DNA of 64,000 nucleotides from Minisyncoccota bacterium (GCA_041663165.1 JBAZRF010000005.1:502-64501); one strand, 5' to 3'; numbered from the stretch's first letter, positions 10,276 through 20,355 are shown. The notes: generated by a model from the letters alone, not told the origin. Program-made: numbers and translations.

Positions 10276-12063
10276 ATGGATCTAAAACATATCCGGAATT
10301 TTAGCATTATCGCTCATATTGACCACGGTAAAAGCACCTTGGCTGATCGGTTGTTGGAGATTACTGGTACAGTGGCCAAGCGCCAAATGAAAGAACAATA
10401 TCTCGACATGATGGAACTTGAGCGTGAACGGGGGATTACCATCAAGATGCAGCCCGTGCGGATGAACTGGCAGGGCTATGAAATGAATCTAATTGATACA
10501 CCTGGTCATATTGATTTTTCTTACGAAGTTTCGCGAGCGCTGAAAGCGGTTGAGGGGGTGGTGCTTTTGGTTGATGCTACTCAAGGCGTGCAAGCTCAAA
10601 CCTTTACCGTACTAGCCATGGCACGAGAGTTAGGCTTAACAATAATTCCCGTCTTAAATAAAATCGATTTGCCAAACGCGAGGGTTGAAGAATCGCGGGC
10701 CGAAATCGTTAAGCTTCTTGGTTGTGATTCCGGTGAAATTTTGGCCGTATCAGGCAAGACTGGCGAAGGGGCCGAGGCCCTCTTGGCTGAAATAATCAAA
10801 AAAGTGCCTTCTCCTGTTTCTGAATACCCCGGCACTGATAGTTTGCGCTCGCTCGTCTTCGATTTTGAATACTCGGCTCATCGCGGGATTATTGTTTATG
10901 TGCGCGTTTTGGATGGGGTAATTAAAAAGGGCGATCAACTTATTTTTAGCGCTGCTCGCGAAAAATTTATTGCCCAAGAGGTTGGGACTTTCTGTCCGCT
11001 GAAAGAGCCAAAGGATAAATTATTGGCCGGTGAAATTGGTTATATTGTAACTGGTATTAAAGAGCGTGGCCAAGCTCGTGTCGGCGAAACGATCACTAAA
11101 ACCATTCATTCGTTACCGGTTATTGCCGGTTATATGCTACCGCGGCCGGTGGTTTGGGCTTCGGTGTACCCCGAGAGCCAAGATGATTTTGCCCTGCTTA
11201 AACAATCGCTGGAGCGTCTTAATCTCCAGGATGCGGCCTTGTCGTTTGAAGAGGAATACTCGGGTGCTCTGGGCCGAGGTTTTCGCTGTGGTTTTTTGGG
11301 TATGCTTCACCTAGAAATTGTCACCGAGCGCTTGCGTCGTGAATTTAATTTAGAGTTAATTGTCACGACGCCGACAATCAGTTATGAGGTCATTGATAAA
11401 AAAACCGAAAAATCGGAGATCGCTTATTCCCCGCACCTTTTCCCTAAAGATACCAAAGACAAGACAATTAAAGAACCGTGGGTCAAAGTTAAGATTATGA
11501 CCCCGCAAATTTATATGGGGCCAATTATGACCTTGCTTTATGATCATGAGGCAACGATCGTTGGTACTCAAAATTTTGGCGATGATCGCACCGCTTTTGA
11601 TATTGAGATGCCCTTGCGCGAGTTGATGCGTAATTTCTTCGATGAGGTTAAGAGCGTGTCATCTGGCTTTGCTTCTCTCTCCTATGAGATCGGGGAGAAA
11701 AAGGGGGCCGATGTTGTCCGGCTCGATGTCTTGCTGAACGAAGAAATAATGGCGGCTTTCTCGCGGATTGTTCCGCGCCGACGGGCCGAGCGCGAGGCTG
11801 AAGAGATGGCCGACAAACTAAAAGAATTCTTGCCACGCCAGATGATTATCATCAAAATTCAGGTTGAGGGAATGGGCCGAATCATTGCCTCGCGCTCAAT
11901 TTCGGCGCTTAAAAAAGACGTTACCGGCTATCTGTATGGCGGCGACATTACTCGTAAAATGAAGTTGCGCGAAAAGCAAAAAAAGGGCAAAAAGAAAATG
12001 CAGTCATGGGGCAAAGTTAACGTCCCCCATGAAGTTTTTCTCAAAATGATGAAGTCTGGTTAA
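10276..12063 (+). CDS. lepA: Elongation factor 4
   Basis: 'IRNFSIIAHIDHGKSTLADR', 'GFRCGFLGMLH', 'YGGDITRKMKL'. Confidence 0.97.
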   Translation: MDLKHIRNFSIIAHIDHGKSTLADRLLEITGTVAKRQMKEQYLDMMELERERGITIKMQPVRMNWQGYEMNLIDTPGHIDFSYEVSRALKAVEGVVLLVDATQGVQAQTFTVLAMARELGLTIIPVLNKIDLPNARVEESRAEIVKLLGCDSGEILAVSGKTGEGAEALLAEIIKKVPSPVSEYPGTDSLRSLVFDFEYSAHRGIIVYVRVLDGVIKKGDQLIFSAAREKFIAQEVGTFCPLKEPKDKLLAGEIGYIVTGIKERGQARVGETITKTIHSLPVIAGYMLPRPVVWASVYPESQDDFALLKQSLERLNLQDAALSFEEEYSGALGRGFRCGFLGMLHLEIVTERLRREFNLELIVTTPTISYEVIDKKTEKSEIAYSPHLFPKDTKDKTIKEPWVKVKIMTPQIYMGPIMTLLYDHEATIVGTQNFGDDRTAFDIEMPLRELMRNFFDEVKSVSSGFASLSYEIGEKKGADVVRLDVLLNEEIMAAFSRIVPRRRAEREAEEMADKLKEFLPRQMIIIKIQVEGMGRIIASRSISALKKDVTGYLYGGDITRKMKLREKQKKGKKKMQSWGKVNVPHEVFLKMMKSG

Positions 12064-12217
12064 TTTTACTTATTGCCAAAAAGCGGGCAGATAGAGCAAA
12101 ATCATGCTCACAATCACCAAAACCCCGACAATCGCTGAAATTATCCCAAGATATTTTCTTTGTTTCTTGCCGTAAAACATAATATAATTCAATTGGCATT
12201 ATATTATTTTTGAGGCC

Positions 12218-12571
12218 ATGACACAAGGGAAAAATGAACGAAAAAAAAGATGGGCCGATCGACTGATTTTACTGGGTCTAGTGGTTGTTTTGCTGGTTGT
12301 TACCAAGGCTACCTGGAGTTTATACCGAAAAAATCAAATGGCGATAGAAAACCTCCGTTCTTCGACCGAACGCATGGCCAAATTGACCGAGCGAGAGGCC
12401 ACTTTGCATGACAAACTTGAACGCCTTAAAACGGCTCGCGGAGTAGAAGAAGAAATTCGCAACAATTTCCCAGTGGTTAAAGAAGGGGAGCAAGTAATCA
12501 ATATTGTCGAAGAGGGTTCCGTGCCAACCACTACTGCCACCACCTCTAAATCCTGGTGGCAAATCTGGTAA
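12218..12571 (+). CDS. Septum formation initiator (FtsB/DivIC-like)
   Basis: TM helix, coiled coil, 'GVEEEIRNNF.VVKEGE.VI'. Confidence 0.75.
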   Translation: MTQGKNERKKRWADRLILLGLVVVLLVVTKATWSLYRKNQMAIENLRSSTERMAKLTEREATLHDKLERLKTARGVEEEIRNNFPVVKEGEQVINIVEEGSVPTTTATTSKSWWQIW

Positions 12572-12579
12572 AAATTAGG

Positions 12580-12650
12580 TGCGGGTAGGGAGAATCGAAC
12601 TCCCGTCCTATGCTTGGGAAGCACATGTTCTGCCACTAAACCATACCCGC
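12580..12650 (-). tRNA. tRNA-Gly(CCC)
   Basis: GCGGGTA...anticodon CCC...GTTCGATTC...TACCCGCA. Confidence 0.93.
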
Positions 12651-12700
12651 TTTCGTTTGTCTTATTTTTGTATTATATTAGAAAAACAGTATTTTAAGCA

Positions 12701-12994
12701 ATGACCCAAAATTTTAAGCGTCAAATTGAAGATTTTAAGTGTGAAAATTGCGGCGAGAAGGTTGCCGGCAATGGTTTTACTAACCATTGCCCACGCTGTC
12801 TGTGGAGCAAGCATGTTGATATTACTCCGGGTGATCGGGCCGAAGAGTGCGGTGGCTTGATGGAGCCAATTGGTGTAGAACTAGAAAAAAGCAAATATAT
12901 TATCATTCAAAAATGTTTAAAATGCGGTCGAATCTGGCGTAACGAAGCCTCTTTTAACGATCAAATTAGTGAGTTCTTGACTGGCATGCTATAA
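12701..12994 (+). CDS. RNHCP-domain protein
   Basis: 'FKCENCG..TNHCPRCLWSKHVD..PGDRA..CGGLMEP'. Confidence 0.85.
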   Translation: MTQNFKRQIEDFKCENCGEKVAGNGFTNHCPRCLWSKHVDITPGDRAEECGGLMEPIGVELEKSKYIIIQKCLKCGRIWRNEASFNDQISEFLTGML

Positions 12995-13001
12995 TATAAG
13001 G

Positions 13002-13244
13002 ATGAAGACTAACAAAAAAGTGCAAATTTACACCTCGCCTACTTGTCATTACTGCCATATGGCTAAAGATTTTTTTGCCAATAACGGCATTAAATATGAG
13101 GAATTTGATGTCATGATCGACGTCAACAAGCGCCAGGAAATGATCGAAATCAGCGGCCAAATGGGCGTGCCAGTGATTGTGGTTGATGATCAGCCAATGG
13201 TCGGCTTCGACGAGGGCCATCTCAAGTCGGTTTTGGGGCTCTAA
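13002..13244 (+). CDS. Glutaredoxin/NrdH-like redoxin
   Basis: 'CHYC', 'SGQMGVPVI', 'GFD'. Confidence 0.9.
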   Translation: MKTNKKVQIYTSPTCHYCHMAKDFFANNGIKYEEFDVMIDVNKRQEMIEISGQMGVPVIVVDDQPMVGFDEGHLKSVLGL

Positions 13245-13340
13245 ACTGGTCCCCTCAGCAGGCCCGCCGACGCTTAAGCTTTGGCGGGTAAAAATCGTAC
13301 CTGTTGCTGGTGCGGTTTTTGTGCTAAATTTTAAAGTGTA

Positions 13341-13412
13341 GCCTCCGTAGTTCAATGGATAGAACGGGCCCGTCCTAAGGGTTTGATGTCAGTTCGATTC
13401 TGGCCGGAGGCA
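13341..13412 (+). tRNA. tRNA-Arg(CCT)
   Basis: GCCTCCG..GTTCAATGGATAGAAC..CCT..GTTCGATT..CGGAGGCA. Confidence 0.9.
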
Positions 13413-13413
13413 C

Positions 13414-14670
13414 ATGGTTAAGGACTTATTTGAGCAAAATATTGACCCCAAGGGTGCGCCGTTGGCCGACCGGCTAAGACCCGAGAAATTGGTTGATTTT
13501 GTCGGCCAAGAGGAGGTGATTAGCGAGGGTAAATTATTGCGCCAGTTGATTGAGAAAGACGAGGTGCCCTCTCTCATCCTCTGGGGGCCGCCAGGATCGG
13601 GCAAGACGACGCTGGCGCGGATAATTGCCAAATTGACCGGGGCCGAGTTTATTGCCTTACCCGCGGTCACTTCGGGTGTGGCCGAACTGCGGACGGTTAT
13701 TAAAGAAGCGCAAGATCGTCGTAAATTTAATCAAAAAAAGACCATTTTATTTATCGATGAAGTTCATCGTTGGAATAAAGCCCAACAGGATGCACTCTTG
13801 CCCCATGTTGAAACTGGCACGGTGGTGTTGATTGGGGCCACGACCGAAAATCCAAGTTTTGAAGTTAATTCGGCGCTCTTGTCGCGCTGTCGAGTTTTTG
13901 TTTTTAACCAGCTCGATGATGTTGCCATTTCGAAAATTCTAAATCGAGCATTGAAAGATAAAGAACGAGGACTTGGCTCTCGCAAAATAAAAATAGATAA
14001 AAAAACTTTAGAATTTTTAGCCAAGGCTTCGGACGGCGATGCGCGCAATGCTTTAAATGCACTCGAACTAGCCACCAAAACGGCAAAATTAGATGCCAAA
14101 AAGAATTTAGTGATAGACAAAAATTTAGTTAAAGAATCGCTGCAAAAATCCCATCTGCTTTATGATAAAAAAGGGGATGAGCATTACAATATAATTTCCG
14201 CGCTTCATAAATCACTAAGAGGAAGCGACGCTGACGCATCTTTGTATTGGCTGGCGCGAATGCTTGAGGGCGGGGAGGATCCGCTCTATGTGGCGCGTCG
14301 ACTGGTGCGTTTTGCGAGCGAAGATGTTGGCTTGGCCAACTCGCAAGCGCTCACTCAAGCGGTCGCCGGCTATCAAGCTTGCCACTTTATTGGTATGCCC
14401 GAATGTAATGTAATTTTGGCGCAAGTGGTGGTTTACTTAGCTAAGTGTAAAAAAAGTAATGAACTTTACGAAGCATATCTTACTGTGCAAAAAGATGTTA
14501 GAGAAACCGTGGACGAGCCGGTCCCCATTCATCTCCGTAACGCGCCCACCAAATTGATGAAAAATCTTGGTTTTGGCAAGGATTATAAATATAGCCCCGC
14601 CTTCAATTACGAAGAAAAACAGGAGTATCTACCGAAGAAATTAAAAGGGAAAAAGTATTTAAAAGACTAA
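13414..14670 (+). CDS. rarA: Replication-associated recombination AAA+ ATPase
   Basis: 'PLADRLRP', 'GPPGSGKTT', 'GATTENPSF', 'SALHKSLRGSD'. Confidence 0.95.
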   Translation: MVKDLFEQNIDPKGAPLADRLRPEKLVDFVGQEEVISEGKLLRQLIEKDEVPSLILWGPPGSGKTTLARIIAKLTGAEFIALPAVTSGVAELRTVIKEAQDRRKFNQKKTILFIDEVHRWNKAQQDALLPHVETGTVVLIGATTENPSFEVNSALLSRCRVFVFNQLDDVAISKILNRALKDKERGLGSRKIKIDKKTLEFLAKASDGDARNALNALELATKTAKLDAKKNLVIDKNLVKESLQKSHLLYDKKGDEHYNIISALHKSLRGSDADASLYWLARMLEGGEDPLYVARRLVRFASEDVGLANSQALTQAVAGYQACHFIGMPECNVILAQVVVYLAKCKKSNELYEAYLTVQKDVRETVDEPVPIHLRNAPTKLMKNLGFGKDYKYSPAFNYEEKQEYLPKKLKGKKYLKD

Positions 14671-14676
14671 GAATTT

Positions 14677-14752
14677 TGGTGCCCAGGGCCGGGCTCGAAC
14701 CGGCGACCCCTTCCTCTTCAGGGAAATGCTCTACCAACTGAGCTACCTGGGC
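14677..14752 (-). tRNA. tRNA-Phe(GAA)
   Basis: GCCCAGGTAGCTCAG..GAA..GGTTCGAG..GGGCACCA. Confidence 0.95.
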
Positions 14753-14799
14753 GTTAAAGGCATTTTAACATAAGAATCGTAAAAATCTAGGGGGGGGTT

Positions 14800-15054
14800 T
14801 TACTGTCCAGGTAGAGTCCGGATGCTCGTCTCGCTAACATTGTTTAGAAGTTCGGTATAAGTACCCCACAGCTTATCTATCATTGGCTGGAGATAGTAAA
14901 GAGCGCCAATTGCCGCGCCGACGACAATGATCCATTTGATCGCGCCAAACCAGCGCGCCCATTTTTGATACCACACCAGCTTGTTTAAAAGCTTGTTATT
15001 TTCTTTATTTACCTCAAGTTCCTCTTTTAGGAGTTTTTTAGCTTCTTCGTCCAT
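14800..15054 (-). CDS. Small single-TM hypothetical protein
   Basis: Coiled coil then TM segment; operonic with Hsp20. Confidence 0.65.
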   Translation of the reverse strand: MDEEAKKLLKEELEVNKENNKLLNKLVWYQKWARWFGAIKWIIVVGAAIGALYYLQPMIDKLWGTYTELLNNVSETSIRTLPGQ

Positions 15055-15057
15055 AAG

Positions 15058-15555
15058 CTACAAGCTTCTAACTTTGATTTTTTGCGTACGTTCTTTGTCA
15101 ATTTTGGGCATGCGCAAAGTAAGCAGACCGTTTTTTTCGTAGGCTTCAGACTCTGACGGTTCGACTTCGCAGGGCAATAAAATTTTGCGGGCAAAAGAAC
15201 CCCAATATAATTCTTTCATAAAATAGCCATCACCCTCTACCTCGCTGGCTTTTTGGCGACGACCCTCAAGCGTAACCATTTCGCGGGTGATCGAGACATT
15301 TAGATCTTCAGACCTGACGCCCGCGATCATTGCCTGAACCACGATGTCATTATCGGTTTGATAAACGTCTACCGAGAGTTCGCCAATTTCTTCTACGGTC
15401 GGTTCGGTTTCGTTCAACCATTGGTTATTGCTGCTGACCTTTATTTTGGGCGAGAAGGCTTTCTCGAGCGGTTTTTGAGTTACCTCTTCTTCATCACTTA
15501 CCGAGATGCTACCGGTAATTCTCTCAAAAAACGAACGTTTGTCTTTATTGAACAT
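15058..15555 (-). CDS. Hsp20/alpha-crystallin small heat-shock protein
   Basis: 'VDVYQT..IVVQA.IAGV', 'ELYWGSFARKILLP', 'NGLLTLRMPK'. Confidence 0.9.
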   Translation of the reverse strand: MFNKDKRSFFERITGSISVSDEEEVTQKPLEKAFSPKIKVSSNNQWLNETEPTVEEIGELSVDVYQTDNDIVVQAMIAGVRSEDLNVSITREMVTLEGRRQKASEVEGDGYFMKELYWGSFARKILLPCEVEPSESEAYEKNGLLTLRMPKIDKERTQKIKVRSL

Positions 15556-16351
15556 ATGACTGTTGATTGATTGGTTTAGTAATAGTTCTGGCATAGGCCA
15601 GACGCTTAACAATTTCAAAAAGAAAGATAATGAACATCGCAAACATCCAAAGCACGACGAGAACACGAAAAACTCCGCTTCCCTCGTTAACAATTATAAA
15701 GAAATTAAAGAGGGTATGCAAGGCGGTAGCGGTTAAGAGACCGATAATACCGCTCAAAAATTTAAATCGTCTAGATCGATAAAAGCTAAAACTTAAAAAG
15801 GCGCCCATGGTGGCTGAGGTCACGGTGTGAAGCAGAGTCGCACCCAAAAAACGAAGATTCCCTGTCAGTAGAAATGAACCAAGGGCAAAATTGTCCGTAT
15901 GCAAAACATTTAGTAAAAAGAGAAAATTTTCCACCGCGGCAAAACCGAGTGCTGCCGTGATCATATAAATCATCGCATCGATTGGTTCGTCAAAATTCTT
16001 GTTTTTAAGCGCCGCAACGTAGGCCGCGGCATATTTTACAAATTCTTCAATTAATGCCCAGGCTACTAGCGGCCAACCCGCAGTGATGATTAGCCATAAC
16101 GAGAAATTGTTTTGATACGCGTCAAGAATTTGGTTAATTAGATTGCCACTCGGAGCAACTAGTTTTTCTAGTAAAAAAGCGGCCACGATAAAAAAACCGC
16201 CGACAATAAAGGTTTTCATGATCAGGCGCGTTGGCTCAGGCTTCTTGCGGTCCTCATGAAGCCAAAACCAGAGCCAAAAAATCGTGGGCAAAAAACCGCC
16301 CACTGCGGCAAGCAACAAAAAGAAACTCATTTGGCTAGCGCCAGCAGTCAT
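15545..16351 (-). CDS. PrsW-family intramembrane metalloprotease
   Basis: 'EEFVK', 'LGFAAVEN', 'LLHT', 'ALHTLFN'. Confidence 0.88.
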   Translation of the reverse strand: MTAGASQMSFFLLLAAVGGFLPTIFWLWFWLHEDRKKPEPTRLIMKTFIVGGFFIVAAFLLEKLVAPSGNLINQILDAYQNNFSLWLIITAGWPLVAWALIEEFVKYAAAYVAALKNKNFDEPIDAMIYMITAALGFAAVENFLFLLNVLHTDNFALGSFLLTGNLRFLGATLLHTVTSATMGAFLSFSFYRSRRFKFLSGIIGLLTATALHTLFNFFIIVNEGSGVFRVLVVLWMFAMFIIFLFEIVKRLAYARTITKPINQQSYVQ

Positions 16352-16373
16352 TCCTTAAATTATAGCACGAACT

Positions 16374-18554
16374 TTACTCAACCGGCCACGATTCGATCAT
16401 TAGTAGAGAATTGGAACCAAGCTCCTGCCAAATTTCCTCAGTGATGAAGGGCATGAAGGGGTGCAGAGTGATGAGGATTTTCTTGAGAGTGTGAAGGAGG
16501 AATTGTTGACGCGAGGTTCTAGTTGGTCCGTCGGAGCCGGCAAAAATCTTTTTGCTATCTTCTAAAATATTAGCTGCCAATTCATCCCAAACATAATGAT
16601 AGAGTTTGTCAGAGGCGAGATGAAAGCGGAAGTTATCGAAATCGGTGGTGATATCAACAATCAAATTATGTCTAATCTCTCTTAATTTTTGATCAGTCTC
16701 TGTATACTTGTTGAAACTCGCGTCATATTGTTTGAAATCCGCATTACTTAAAATGAAGCGGGCCACATTCCACAATTTGTTAGCAAAAAGTTTATAGGCC
16801 TTAATCTTGTCCTCCGACAGGGCCATATCGGTGCCGGGTGTGTTGCCAACCACGAGGGCCATGCGCAGGGCATCGGTGCCATATTTTTCGCCAATCTCCA
16901 CCGGGCTAATGACGTTGCCCTTACTCTTGCTCATTTTTTGGCGCGAACCGTCACGGACCATGCCATGCAAATAGATGGTATGAAAGGGAATTTTACCGGT
17001 ACGATAAATACCAAGCATAATCATTTTGGCCACCCAAAAGAAGAGGATATCGGCGGCCGTTTCCATCACATCGGTTGGGTAAAAAGTTTTAAAATCAGGA
17101 TTATCCGGATAACCCAGGGTCGCAAAAGGCCATTGGCCCGACGAAAACCAAGTGTCAAAGGTATCGGGATCTTTAACTAATTCAGCTCCACATTTTTTAC
17201 ATTTAGTTTCTTTATTATCTAAATTCACCCTGTCGAGTTGTTCGCTATACTCTACAGGGTAAACAACGCCATAATCGCAGAGAGGATTGGTGCAAATTTT
17301 CGCTGGGATTGGGATGCCCCACACAATTTGGCGCGAGATATTCCAATCGCGGATATTCTCAAGCCAATGGAAATAAATTTTTTCTTGAAAGTCGGGGATA
17401 ATTTTTACTTCACCCGATTTAACCACTTCAATTGCTTTTTTCGCGAGCGGTTCCATTTTTACAAACCATTGAGGCATCACTCGCGGTTCGAGGGTGCGAT
17501 TGCACTTATAACAGGTATTGATGGTATGCTCGTAATCTTCTTCTTTTTCCATCAAACCTAAGGTCTTTAAATCTTCAACCACCTTTTTTCTGGCTTCCTC
17601 AATTTTTAAACCTTCGTATTTGCCGGCCGCGCTCGTAAGCCGGCCATTCTTGTCGATTACTTCGACGCCGGTTAAGTTGTGACGCTCGGCAATTTCGAAG
17701 TCAGCGGTATCGTGCCAAGGGGTAATGGTCATTACTCCGGTGCCAAATTCCATATCAATAACTGAATCCTTAACAACCGTAGCTGTAATTTTCCCTTCCA
17801 ACCAATCAACCGGGATTTGTTGCCCTTCCTTATACTCAGCATAACGAGGATCATCGGGGTGCATCACCACATACTTATCGCCAAACTTTGTTTCTGGACG
17901 AGAGGTAGCAATGGTGAAGGGTCCGTACTTCATATAGTATAGTTTATCGGTTTGAGTCACTGGCGTGGTTTCAAGATCAGAAAGGGAAGTTTGATGTTTG
18001 GTGCACCAATTAACAATTCGTTTACCGCGATAAATCAAACCATCATCTGACATTTGTTTGAAAGTGGCGTAAACGGTTTGGATGATGTCTGGGTCAAGCG
18101 TAAATTTTTCGCGCGACCAATCGCAAGATGAACCCAGGGCGCGCAGGTCAGTTTCGGTTGCACTTTTATTATCCTGAGTGAACTTCATAATCTCGCCATA
18201 TAATTCTTCTGGCGAAAAATCGAAGCGAGACTTGCCTTCTTTTTCCAATTTTTTTTCAAACACCACTTGAGTTTCAAAACCGGCATGATCAGTGCCTGGG
18301 AGCCAAAGAGTTTTATAGCCGCGCAGACGCTTATAACGCGTCATCACGTCTTCTAGGGTGACAAACAGGGCGTGACCAGCATGGAGACGGCCGTTGGCGT
18401 TGGGCGGGGGCATGATAATAGTAAAGGCCCCCTTGTCGGTTTGGGGTAAATTATCGGGATTAAAATATCCGCTTTTCTCCCACCGCTCATAAATTCGCTT
18501 CTCGGTCTCGCTCGGGTTATAGGGTTTTAGGAATTTTGAATCGTTATTTAACAT
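16374..18554 (-). CDS. valS: Valine--tRNA ligase
   Basis: 'PPPNANGRLHAGHA', 'DWNISRQIVWG', 'DTWFSS', 'KMSKS'. Confidence 0.95.
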   Translation of the reverse strand: MLNNDSKFLKPYNPSETEKRIYERWEKSGYFNPDNLPQTDKGAFTIIMPPPNANGRLHAGHALFVTLEDVMTRYKRLRGYKTLWLPGTDHAGFETQVVFEKKLEKEGKSRFDFSPEELYGEIMKFTQDNKSATETDLRALGSSCDWSREKFTLDPDIIQTVYATFKQMSDDGLIYRGKRIVNWCTKHQTSLSDLETTPVTQTDKLYYMKYGPFTIATSRPETKFGDKYVVMHPDDPRYAEYKEGQQIPVDWLEGKITATVVKDSVIDMEFGTGVMTITPWHDTADFEIAERHNLTGVEVIDKNGRLTSAAGKYEGLKIEEARKKVVEDLKTLGLMEKEEDYEHTINTCYKCNRTLEPRVMPQWFVKMEPLAKKAIEVVKSGEVKIIPDFQEKIYFHWLENIRDWNISRQIVWGIPIPAKICTNPLCDYGVVYPVEYSEQLDRVNLDNKETKCKKCGAELVKDPDTFDTWFSSGQWPFATLGYPDNPDFKTFYPTDVMETAADILFFWVAKMIMLGIYRTGKIPFHTIYLHGMVRDGSRQKMSKSKGNVISPVEIGEKYGTDALRMALVVGNTPGTDMALSEDKIKAYKLFANKLWNVARFILSNADFKQYDASFNKYTETDQKLREIRHNLIVDITTDFDNFRFHLASDKLYHYVWDELAANILEDSKKIFAGSDGPTRTSRQQFLLHTLKKILITLHPFMPFITEEIWQELGSNSLLMIESWPVE

Positions 18555-18669
18555 TTTTTACCCTATTGAGTAAAAATCTTTTAAGATTTTATGGTGTTAA
18601 AACACCATTACTCAACAGGGTTAATCATACCAAAAAACCCATAATTGGCAAAGGGGAATTGGAGGAGGA

Positions 18670-19869
18670 TTATTTGAGATTTAAATTACCATCGGCTTTG
18701 AAAGTGTTAGATTTTTGGGACTTGCCAGCCAACAAGCGCAAGCCGGCGGAGAGGGCAATCATGGTGGCGTTATCGGTTGAGTAAGATAGCTCAGGGATAA
18801 GTAATTTTAAATTATTGACGCTGGCCATTTTGCTTAAAGCCTCACGCAAGGCGGTATTAGCAATAACCCCGCCACCAGCAATAATGGTTTTGGCCTTGAA
18901 TTTTTGGCCGGCCGATAAAGTTTTAGTCACCAGCACTTCGATGGCGGCCTGTTGAAACTCGTAGGCAATCTCGGCCTTTATTTTTTCGTCAAATTTATTG
19001 GCTTGTTTTAATTTTTGCACCAAATAAAGTACTGCGGTTTTAAGACCCGAAAAAGAAAAATCAAAATCGCCAGAATGGAGCATTGGCCTGGGTAATCTGA
19101 ACTGAGAGGCCTCGCCTCTCAGTTGGGAGTTAGGGTTAACTAAGAGGCGAGGCCTCTCAGTGCTTATTGTTGCCGCTAGTTTAGAAATCTCTGGTCCGCC
19201 CGGATAGGGGAGGTCCAGGATTCGTGCCACTTTATCAAACGCTTCGCCGACTGCGTCATCGCGAGTTCGGCCGATAATTTTATATTTCAGCCAATCTTTC
19301 GATAAAACCAACTCGGTATGCCCGCCGCTAACGATTAAAGAAATGATGGGGAAGGCCACTTTTTGCGGTGTTGCGAGCGAAGCCAGGATATGTCCCTCCA
19401 GATGATTAACCGGGTAAAGTGGTTTATCCCACACCAGCGCCAACGCTTTGGCAAAATTAATACCCACCCACAGCGCCGGCTCCAAGCCTGGCCCCTTGGT
19501 GACGGCAATAGCGTCGATTTTTGGGATTTTTAATTTTGGAATTACGGCAAAAAATTGTTCCTTTAATTCGGGTTCTCGTTCTAAAATTTTATTTATCTTT
19601 TTTTCTATTTTTTCTTCAAACTTTTTCTCTTTGCCTTCTCCCTTACCGAAAGCTTCTCCTAGTGATTTAACCAAAATTGGCACCAAATTCTTGCCGTGTT
19701 CTCGTTTGGCGAGAGAAGGAACAACTCCGCCCCATTCCTGATGGATCTTAATTTGCGAGGAAATATTATGGGCAAGCACCTTAAAAACGGGCTTGGTGAG
19801 AGAGCCTTTAACGTCAACGATACTAATAGCGGTATCGTCGCAACTGGTTTCGATAGCCAAAATTTTCAT
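18670..19869 (-). CDS. tsaD: tRNA t6A37 threonylcarbamoyltransferase
   Basis: 'ILAIETSCDDT', 'NHLEGH', 'SGGHT', 'DDAVGEAFDK', 'FSFSGLKT', 'TDNA'. Confidence 0.95.
   Translation of the reverse strand: MKILAIETSCDDTAISIVDVKGSLTKPVFKVLAHNISSQIKIHQEWGGVVPSLAKREHGKNLVPILVKSLGEAFGKGEGKEKKFEEKIEKKINKILEREPELKEQFFAVIPKLKIPKIDAIAVTKGPGLEPALWVGINFAKALALVWDKPLYPVNHLEGHILASLATPQKVAFPIISLIVSGGHTELVLSKDWLKYKIIGRTRDDAVGEAFDKVARILDLPYPGGPEISKLAATISTERPRLLVNPNSQLRGEASQFRLPRPMLHSGDFDFSFSGLKTAVLYLVQKLKQANKFDEKIKAEIAYEFQQAAIEVLVTKTLSAGQKFKAKTIIAGGGVIANTALREALSKMASVNNLKLLIPELSYSTDNATMIALSAGLRLLAGKSQKSNTFKADGNLNLK
19100..19161. repeat. Inverted doublet of REP-like palindromes, in-frame inside tsaD
   Basis: AACTGAGAGGCCTCGCCTCTCAGTT and ACTAAGAGGCGAGGCCTCTCAGT; same core as the transposase-flanking palindromes. 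Confidence 0.85.
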
Positions 19870-20326
19870 AATCTAGCTTAGACAATATAAAGCAAAATGG
19901 GTCAAATTACAAACATAACAAAAGGCGCCTTGGCATATTCTACTGGAGGTAGACTGCTTTGGCGCCGTTCTCTTTTGTCTGGGTGTCTCCCTTTGTCGTT
20001 CCTAGGATCGAGCAAAGTTTGACTGTGAACTTCAGCATGTGCCCGTTCGGTATAGTGACCGGAGTCGGGCTAGGTGTTGCATTGCTTCGGGGGAAACCCG
20101 AAGCGTAAGCGGGGTACTACACGGTACTACGGATGCCATTCTGTGGACATCATCACAATAGAGACTTGTTCGTTGCTCCGCGTAAAAACGGAGAGTCTTG
20201 CGGTATTGCCCTGCTACACTTGGTCTGGTCCTGGGCCCTACCTAGGAAAACCTAAGCCAAACCCTACACGCAGACACAATGCTGTTCCTCAAACATCAAA
20301 GAACTTAATACACTGTATCTGGCTCA

Positions 20327-20355
20327 AGTATAGCAGATAACGGATAGCTTGTCAA
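20327..20355 (-). promoter_or_regulatory. Consensus sigma70 promoter
   Basis: TTGACA-17 nt-TATACT with extended TGn on the minus strand. Confidence 0.65.

Noticed and set aside
16374-18554. Short ValS, and short IF-2 at 52388-53887, as pseudogenes
   Set aside because: Catalytic motifs are intact and frames are uninterrupted; compact forms are expected in reduced genomes.
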